This document shows positions 55,571-64,000 of a stretch of DNA of 64,000 nt, piece by piece (within the stretch, counting starts at the first letter, position 1; every line of letters begins with the position of its first letter). The position numbers and the translations under genes were made by a program. The notes under the pieces are model-generated. The model did not search any database and was not told the origin of the DNA. It saw nothing but the letters and a program-made list of their open reading frames with translations. Source of the stretch: Macrostomum lignano (taxonomy: Eukaryota); NCBI GenBank assembly GCA_002269645.1, contig NIVC01001651.1, positions 1 to 64,000 on the forward strand. The letters run 5' to 3'.

Positions 55571-56019
55571 CTGCATCAAATTGTTTTGCTCCTTCTCGAG
55601 TTCTTGTAGATGTTCCTAGAAATATAACTCGCTGCTCCGGAAGTAGCTAGATAGTACCGTTGTACTACCTATCGATTTGCCTAAAAAGGAACCTAAAACG
55701 TTAGCCTTAGACTCGGTAGGGTTGCTGCCACCTTGGTGTGCGGACTCGACGCGTCGGCAGAGTTGTCTATCCGTCACCTGAAATAAAATAACGAAGTCGC
55801 TCGGAGCAAAGGCAAATCTGAAAATGTCTCGACAGTTGATCGTTCTAGTAGAATGCTGCTCGAACCTGAAAACCTGAAAAACCTGAAATGAGAGAGGAGA
55901 GCTCGGAGGAGGCTTCACGAATTAGCCACGATGCTCCGCGAGACGACGCCGTGGAACGCGATCTGGAGAAAAATGGCTCACAGATGCTCCGTATTTTTAG
56001 CTGAGCAGACCCCCCAAAA

Positions 56020-56354
56020 GTCACGTGAGTTTCATGCGGTGAGCGCGTGAAACTTCCTTATTTGGTCCTCAGAATCATGCAAGCGTTGCGTGATCCAAGG
56101 CCAACTTCCAAATAAGGTAACCCTGTCACGCTGCTGTGGCGTGACTCAAAATCAGCTGCCACGCAAAACTAGCGTGCACAGTCACGTGCTTTTCTGTGCT
56201 AAAAATAGAACTTGGGCGGATGAGTCATCCTGTTTACTCCCTCTAGGCAGCCATTACAGCCCGCGCAGGTGATGAGTCATCCTGCTATGCCTCCTCAGCG
56301 CGAGTGGGAAGACATTGAGTGTGGCTGCCCACGCCTGCTCGGGCGATGAGTCAT
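56020..56354. promoter_or_regulatory. Cluster of AP-1 and E-box motifs (candidate enhancer/promoter)
   Basis: ATGAGTCAT at 56220, 56272 and 56346; TGACTCA at 56142; GTCACGTG at 56020 and 56181. Confidence 0.45.
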
Positions 56355-56690
56355 TTATGAAAAGTTCCGCATTATCCAGCCAAGAATCGCAGCTTCAGAC
56401 GAAAATTAAAGTTCAAGGCGCTCCGCCAGAATACACCTTTGGGTGCTTCTGTTTATGGAATTCCTGCGGCAGGCGGCGCACCGAGTGGTGATCGCCTCTT
56501 TTCCATTTTATCAAGCGCTGGTCCATCGAGCGGCATGGGAAATGTCAGGCCTCTACTTTCATCTCCTGGTTTTTAGCTCTACAGCGCGGAAGGAGACGAC
56601 AGATGCTTCAAGCGTGTCTGAATTTGTTATGGGTACATCAAGGTGTGAGGTATTAAGCGCGCCAACTAAACACTATTTTATTCTATCTTA

Positions 56691-58429
56691 TCTAACCCTA
56701 TACAAATCAACCTGTTTGAGTAGTCAAGCATCTATAGTCAAACATAGATGCTTGCTATCTGAGGGGTGCTTGCTATCTGGGTGGATGCTTGCTATCTGAG
56801 GGGATGCTTGCTACCTGGGTGGATGCTTGCTATCTGGGGGGGTGCTTGCTATCTGGGTGGATGCTTGCTATCTGGGTGGATGCTTCCTATCTGGGTGGAT
56901 GCTTGCTATCTGGTGGGTGCTTGCTATCTGGGTGGATGCTTGCTATCTGGGTGGATGCTTCCTATCGGGGTGGATGCTTGCTACCTGGGTGGATGCTTGC
57001 TATCTGGGTGGATGCTTGCTATCTGGGGGGATGCTTGCTACCTGGGTGGATGCTTGCTATCTGAGGGGATGCTTGCTACCTGGGTGGATGCTTGCTATCT
57101 GAGGGGATGCTTGCTACCTGGGTGGATGCTTGCTATCTGGGGGGATGCTTGCTACCTGGGTGGATGCTTGCTATCTGAGGGGATGCTTGCTACCTGGGTG
57201 GATGCTTGCTATCTGAGGGGATGCTTGCTATCTGAGGGGATGCTTGCTACCTGGGTGGATGCTTACTATCTGGGGGGATGCTTCCTATCTGAGTGGATGC
57301 TTGCTACCTGGGTGGATGCTTGCTATCTGAGGGGATGCTTGCTACCTGGGTGGATGCTTGCTATCTGAGGGGATGCTTGCTATCTGGGGGGATGCTTACT
57401 ATCGGGGTGGATGCTTGCTACCTGGGTGGATGCTTACTATCTGGGGGGATGCTTCCTATCTGAGTGGATGCTTACTATCGGGGTGGATGCTTACTATCGG
57501 GGTGGATGCTTGCTATCTGGGGGGATGCTTACTATCGGGGTGGATGCTTGCTATCTGGGGGATGCTTGCTATCGGGTGGATGCTTACTATCGGGGTGGAT
57601 GATTGCTATTTGGGGGATGCTTGCTATCGGGGTGGATGCTTGCTATCTGGGGGATGCTTGCTATCTGGGGTGGATGCTTGCTATCGGGGTGGATGCTTGC
57701 TATCTGGGGGATGCTTGCTATCTGGGGTGGATGCTTGCTATCGGGGTGGATGCTTGCTATATGGGTGGATGCTTACTATCTGGGGGGATGCTTCCTATCT
57801 GAGTGGATGCTTGCTACCTGGGTGGATGCTTACTATTTGGGGGGGGGGATGCTTCCTATCTGAGTGGATGCTTGCTATCGGGGTGGATGCTTACTATCGG
57901 GGTGGATGATTGCTATTTGGGGGATGCTTGCTATCGGGGTGGATGCTTGCTATCTGGGGGATGCTTGCTATCTGGGGTGGATGCTTGCTATCTGGGAGGA
58001 TGCTTGCTACCTGGGTGGATGCTTGCTATCTGAGGGATGCTTGCTATCTGCAGGATGCTTGCTATCTGGGGGATGCTTGCTATCTGAGGGATGCTTGCTA
58101 TCTGAGGGATGCTTGCTATCTGGGGGATGCTTGCTATCTGAGGGATGCTTGCTATCTGCAGGATGCTTGCTATCTGGGGGATGCTTTCTACTTAGGGGGA
58201 ATGTCTGTTATCTTCGTGAAACTTTATTTTATTGTCATTCTGTTAATTTTTGAAAAAAGAGATTCATAGCAAACAACTTTTGTCCGTGACAATTGTACTC
58301 GAATAAGGTGATTTATAAAACTGAAGAAGGAATTGGTTCTTAAGAAAATATGCTTTTTTTAATTGTTTTCCATCAATAATTTTTTCTCCTTGCTTATTGC
58401 GCGCCCCTTCGGGGGCACTAGATTGCTAG
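56691..58429 (+). mobile_element. Non-autonomous Helitron filled by the ~18-bp GATGCTTGCTATCTGGGG minisatellite (56742-58190)
   Basis: 3' end GCCCC-TTCG-GGGGC-ACTAGATTG-CTAG|T (58403-58429), homologous to the end at 31972; candidate 5' A|TCTAACCCTATAC at 56691 is less certain. Confidence 0.7.
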
Positions 58430-59444
58430 TCAACTATCTAAACCTGATATATCTAAAGATATAACGTTGATTGTTTGCGCCCAAACTATTGTAGTAAAAA
58501 TCTGTAATGTTTTATACACGACGCTGTTAAATTTGAATTCTGTTTTTTCGAAAAAAACATATTTCACCGATTTACCTCCTAAAGGGGGAACGGAGGGGCG
58601 ATTCATTCTGCACCCGACATTCAGAGGCTGCGCGCTCTCTGCAGGCAAGCAAGTCAGTGTAAGGTCATGCAGTACTGCAAATGCCTCTGCCGATGTTGCT
58701 GCTGCTGCTTCCAAAAAAGATGGGGGAAGGAGAGAAGCAGCCGCAGAAGCCATCCGGGTAGATGGAAATATGAAAGAAAGATCAATGGAATGGACGACTG
58801 CTGCAGGGGGTGAGGGAAGTGGAGGTGGGTAGCAATTGAGGGCGAGAGGCTGATTCCGAAGTTCGTAGTTTGGTAAAGCCAGGCCATGTGTTTAGGCCAA
58901 AGGCATTAGTCTTCGAGGCATCGAATGTACGCGCCCTCCACGATACACGGGCTGGAACCAGCAGCGCCAGGTAAAGTCAGCCGGGCAAGGATTCATGTTA
59001 AAGAATGTTCTTACATCCCTGAGCCCTATCTCTACCCCCTCTCCCTCTCTCTCTTCCTTCGGCCACTGACTCTCCGTGTCCGAACCTCCTCGGCTCTGTT
59101 GTTGTTTAAAGCGAAGCGCCGAGAGCGGCCGCCCACCGCCGCCACCCTCACCGACCAGCGGACAGGCAGCAGCCAGCGACCAGTCTTTTTCAGATCCCGA
59201 GCAAACTACGGGAGAAAGTTTCTTTTGACAATCCGCCCCCTTTGCTGGCGAAATCCTCTTTCAATTTCTCCCTAAAGCTTCCTTCTCCTCCTGCCCCTTC
59301 CGAATTCATTCATTTGAATCTTCCCTGACTTTCAAACTTTCGTGCGCGACCGCAAAACTGTGCAACAATTGAAAGCATTTCTTTTGCGTACGCGTCTGAT
59401 TTAAGCTTCTTCGTGCCTTGCTCTATTGTGCTGTTCGCAGCCTA

Positions 59445-62400
59445 ATGTCGGGTGAGTGTGCGATCTTGCTGCACAATACAGTATGCTCAGATCTGTACCA
59501 TAGACACTCCATTGTAGCTCGTACCCCAATGTCCTCCGGCATCCAGCATTGCTCAGTGCTGAACCATAGACACTCCATTGTACCCCAATGTCCTCCGGCA
59601 TCCAGCATTGCTCAGTGCTGAGCCATAGACACTCCATTGTACCCCAATGTCATCCAGCATTCAGCACCTCTCAGTGCTGAGCCATAGACACTAAATCAGG
59701 TATCCCTAAACGTCAACGTGAACTATGCTTAAAAAATAAGCGCTAAAACAACTGACGCTATGTCATTAATTTCGTATTATTGCATACCAATCGACACTTC
59801 CAGCCAGAGGAGGCGGCACTAGGCCGCAATTCACCACCAAGCCGTCAATCAAGCAGCGCGGCAAATCAATCGTCTTCGAATGCAACCTGCTTGCGGACCC
59901 CCTGCCGGATATCACCTGGTCCAAGGCCGGTCAGACCATCGAGAACAGCGATAGGTACGCTATCACCTGCCAGAGCTCCGGCCAGAACCATCTGCTGAGC
60001 CTGGAGATCAAAGGAGTCACCGCTAACGATGGCGGCGAGTACAAAGTGTTCGCCAAGAGTCCTCTGGGGGATACAACGGCCACGATCAATCTCAACATTG
60101 GCGCCGCTAAAAAGTAAATTTTATCTTTAGTGCATTAGATTGAAACAGATGATACCTTTTAAGACGTAGAAACGCAGTCTGAAGAGCAGAAATCTAAGGC
60201 TTGTCAAGTTGAAAACTAGCCTTAAAAACGCTTCAACAAAACTTTATAAACTTGACTTTCAGATCCGGCAAACCGCCAAAGTTTCTGGAGAAGCCGTCCA
60301 TCGCTCAGGTTGGCGACAACATCGAGATGAAGTGCGTTATCGAGGCGCAGCCGATGCCGCGGATCACGTGGTTTCGCGGGGACAGCCAGATCAGCACTGG
60401 CGGCAAGATCACCATCAGCTGCGACCCGGGACCGCAGCCGGACTCGTACGTGCTGCTGTTGGTGATCAGGTCTCCGGGACCTGACGACAGCGGCTCCTAC
60501 AGGTGCAACGTTGTCAATGAGGCCGGGGAGAGCAATGCCAGTCTGACGCTCAATATGAGTCAGGGTGAGCTGCTGAGATTTAGTGAAATTTGGCTCTTGA
60601 TTGATCGCTAAACTGCATATTAGGATAAGTAATGCTTTAGCAGGGATGAACCGCTTTCAAGGGCTCGAAATCTCATACTGAAGTTTTGAATCTGTCTAAG
60701 TTTTGATTTAATGATTCATTTGATTGGACGCCAGTTTTAGTTGAGTTTGATTTAGCACCAGGATAGCACCAGGGACTTTAACACCAGGGACTTTGGCACC
60801 AGGGGTCTTTAGCACCAGGGGCCTTTAGCACCAGGAACTTTAGCACCAGGGGTCTTTAGCACCAGGGACTTTAGCACCAGGGACTTTAGCACCAGGGACT
60901 TTGGCACTAGAGGCTTTAGCACCAGGGACTTTAGCACCAGGGGTCTTTAGCACCAGGGGTCTTTAGCACCAGGGGTCTTTAGCACCAGGGGTCTTTAGCA
61001 CCAGGGACTTTAGCACCAGGGACTTTGGCACTAGAGGCTTTAGCACCAGGGACTTTAGCACCAGGGGTCTTTAGCACCAGGGGTCTTTAGCACCAGGGGT
61101 CTTTAGCACCAGGGGTTTTTAGCACCACGGGCTTTATCACCAGGAACTTTATCACCAGGGGTCTTTAGCACCAGGGGTCTTTAGCACCACGGGCTTTATC
61201 ACCAAGAACTTTATTACCAGGGGCTTTAGCACCAGGGACTTTATCACCAGGGACTTTATCACCAGGGCCTTTAGCATCAGAGGCTTTAACACCAGAGCCT
61301 TTGGGACCAGGGACTTTAACATCAGGGACTTTAGCACCAGAGGCTTTAGTACCAGAGACTTTAGCACCAGGGGCCTTTACCAACAGAGGCTTTAGAACCA
61401 GGGACTTTAGCACCAGGGGTTTTTAGCACCATGGGCCTTTAGCACCAGGGACTTTAGCACCAGGGGTCTTTAGCACCACGGGCTTTAGCACCAGGGGCCT
61501 TTAGCACCAGGGACTTTAGCACCAGGGCCTTTAGCACCAGGAACTTGTCATGACACACGTGCTAAGAAGCAGCATAGCCGCAAAGACTTGAATTGAAGAC
61601 ATTTCAATCGCAATCATTCATCTCAAACAGCTCCACAGCCGTCGGGCACTCCGCCGAATTTCATCGAGAAGCCCAGAATCGAGAGGGAGGGCGATAACAT
61701 CCGCATCACCTGCATCTGCAAAGGCGACCCGGCGCCGACGTTCACCTGGTACCGGGGCGAATCGGTTATGACGTCCGGGGGGAGGTACTCGATTTCATCC
61801 ACTAACAGCGGCATTGAGTACACTCTGGTGCTGCTCATTTCTGTGAGTAGATTATTAGCCATAAGCATTGCTAACACACGGGGGAGTTGCTGAGATGCTG
61901 AATTATATTGAACTAACTCCCCAAGATTTTGTCAAAAGTGAATCAACTTGAAATTTCCATTTTTTACGCGCAGAATTTCACCGCCGAAGATGGCGGCCAG
62001 TACCGGATTGTGGCCAAGAGCGGGCTGGGAGAAGCCAACGCCACCGTTAGCATCAACACGCAGATGCAGCAGTGAGTACTGTTGTCTTTATACAATGTGT
62101 TTATTAAATGTGTTTATTTAATAGTGTTCACTTATTGTGATATGTGCATTGAACGTGTTTCATGAGTGTGCTCATTGAATGTGCTTCATGAGTGTGCTCA
62201 TTGAATGTGCTTCATGAGTGTGCTCATTGAATGTGTTTCATGAGTGTGCTCATTGAATGTGTTTCTTGAGTGTGCTCATTGAATGTGTTTCTTGAGTGTG
62301 CTCATTGAATTTGCTTCATGAGTGTGCTCATTGAATGTGCTTCTTGAGTGGCCTCATTGAATGCGCTTCTGAACCATATAACTACAGATACCTGGAATTA

Positions 62401-62644
62401 TTGAATATCTCCACCACGCAGGCCGGAGCAGCAGCAGGAGCCGCCGCCGCAGCTGGTCGGCAAGCCGCAGATCAAGGTGCAGAACAACGGTCGCGTGGTG
62501 GTCATCGAGATTCGTGTGAAGTCGCTCAATCGGCCAGAGGCCAAGTGGACTCACGAGGGCGTCGCCATTGGCAACGGGGGCCGCTACTTCATGGACATGA
62601 CACGTGATGGCGACAGCTATGTTGTCGTGCTGGAAATCGACGAG
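59445..62644 (+). CDS. 5' part of a twitchin/UNC-22/projectin-like (or DIM-1-like) Ig-repeat muscle protein; continues beyond the identified exons
   Basis: Exons 59445-59451 (ATG TCG G|GTGAGT), 59804-60113, 60263-60564, 61631-61842, 61974-62071, 62422-62644, all phase-compatible. I-set Ig domains: PQFTTKPSIKQRGKSIVFEC...DITW...DGGEYKVFAKSPLG; PKFLEKPSI...DSGSYRCNVVNEAGES; PNFIEKPRI...DGGQYRIVAK; fourth Ig partial. Confidence 0.9.
59490..59695. repeat. ~59-bp short tandem repeat in the first coding intron of the Ig gene
   Basis: CATAGACACTCCATTGTACCCCAATGTCCTCCGGCATCCAGCATTGCTCAGTGCTGA repeated about 3 times. Confidence 0.85.
60765..61545. repeat. ~17-bp intronic minisatellite (TTTAGCACCAGGGAC/GGTC)n
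   Basis: Direct tandem units. Confidence 0.93.
62140..62365. repeat. 26-bp intronic repeat (TGTGCTCATTGAATGTGCTTCATGAG)n
   Basis: Direct tandem units. Confidence 0.9.
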
Positions 62645-62803
62645 GTGAGGATGCACTTTTGCAGCAAAGCTTGCACCGGATTGAGAATTTTCTTCTTGCA
62701 TTGTGCCATGGGCAGCTGAAGTAAAAGGTCGCTACAGTCGGTTTTTATAGAAATGCGGTGGGAGGCCAGAAAGGAGGCCAAATAGTGCTCATGCGAAAAC
62801 ACG

Positions 62804-62973
62804 AAAATCAACTACTGAACTCAATTTCGACAGTAGTCTCTCTAGTGCCTTAATCATTCTTAGTTTGATTGAATAGCTTGTCCTTTAATTCATGAGAAGT
62901 TCTATCAAATTCTCAAAAATAGCGTCTATGTTCCTAAGCTACTGAACTCAAAATTTAAGCAACCCGTGTCGGC
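62804..62973 (+). repeat. Dispersed repeat, copy 2 (homologous to 35682-35810)
   Basis: Same blocks as 35682-35810, with an internal insertion of about 40 bp. Confidence 0.8.
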
Positions 62974-62982
62974 ATGAACTGG

Positions 62983-63585
62983 CAGGAGAGAGGAGAGAGT
63001 AGAAAGGAGAGAGAGGAAGGAGAGAAGAGAGAAGAAAAGCGAAAAAGAGTAGAGGAGAGATAGGGAGAGACGAGAGAGGGGAGAGAGTAGAGAAATAGAG
63101 AAAGAAGAAGAGAGAAGAGATGATAGAAAAGAAAGTAAATATGAGAGGGAGAGATTAGAAATGACAGAGAGGAGAGAAGAGGAGAGAGGAGAGAGTAGAG
63201 GGAAGAAAGGAGGGAGTAGAGCCGAAAGACGCGAGAGAAGAGATAAGAGAGTAGAGATGAGGGGGGAGAGAGGAGAGAGAAGCGAGAGGGCAGAGGAGAG
63301 AGAAGAGAGGAGAGAAGAGGGGAGAGAGGAGAGGAGAGAAAAGGGGAGAAATGAGATAGGAGAGAAAGGAGAGGGGAGAGAGTAGAGAGATGAGAGAGCA
63401 GAGCAGAGAGAAAGTAGAGAATATAGAAGAGATGAAAGAGGAGAGAGGAAAAAGTAGAGAGAAAAAAGTAATGAGAAGAAAGAAGAGAGTAGATATGAGA
63501 GCGCAGAGAGGAGAGATGAGAGATAAGAGATGACAGATAAGGGAGTAGAGATGAGAGAGCAGACGAGAGAGGAGACAGGAGAGAG
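62983..63585. repeat. GA-rich low-complexity tract
   Basis: Degenerate AG/GAG repeats. Confidence 0.9.
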
Positions 63586-64000
63586 TCTCAGTCTGGATGA
63601 TGGCAGTCAATTTTTGCAAACAGGGAAAACAATATGGTTTTTGGGAGTTATAGAGGATTTGGAAGATGGGATTCGGGTCATTGGATTCAGCTGATGGATT
63701 TCAGGGAATGGAATTCTGGCAATGGGAGTTCAATCCCCTTTCTCCTCCAGCGGAGGAGTTGGCCTCGTAAGATCAACGAGCGTATGGTTTCGCACGAATG
63801 GCCATAGACATTTGAGCTAGAAAAACTGTAACTGAATAGCATTGTAATTACAATACGCACTTATCGTGAATATTTTACAAATTTAAATCGTCATGACTGC
63901 TTGTCTCTTCGATGGCCGTTGGTCGACAGTCGGATTCTCAGAAGTAACACTCTTAGACACTACTGCTAATGTTCTACTAAGTAGCCAAGCCAGAAAAGTA

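Noticed and set aside
53886-55918. Several 70-127 aa ORFs
   Set aside because: No motif, domain or splice evidence.

Overview
Eukaryotic (metazoan) genomic DNA with GC-rich spliced exons and introns packed with micro/minisatellites. The style resembles a free-living flatworm such as Macrostomum; this is an inference. Genes assembled by hand from splice sites and reading-frame phase: (1) a 4-exon MATE/SLC47-type transporter (minus, 19212-23150) with a GC-AG intron and substitutions at key acidic residues; (2) a spliced STPR-repeat + OTU cysteine protease + RPA70-like OB-fold gene (minus, 28547-30600) inside a Helitron whose TC and hairpin-CTAG ends can both be read (25383-31971), abutted head-to-tail by a second, non-autonomous Helitron (31972-35466); (3) a secreted PAN/apple + ALK/LTK-like glycine-rich protein (minus, 38870-42385); (4) two 3' exons of a WH2-like/proline-rich gene (plus, 44815-45399); (5) p62/SQSTM1 (minus, 47033-48746) with an overlapping M-box/ARE-like site upstream; (6) the 5' end of a twitchin-like Ig-repeat muscle gene (plus, from 59445) starting in an 11-nt micro-exon. 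Also present: CORE-SINEs, a decayed Tc1/IS630-type transposase, further Helitron 3' ends, a near-identical tandem duplication and about 30 tandem arrays. Most ORFs in the supplied track are artefacts of these arrays. All homology calls come from motif recall, not database searches.
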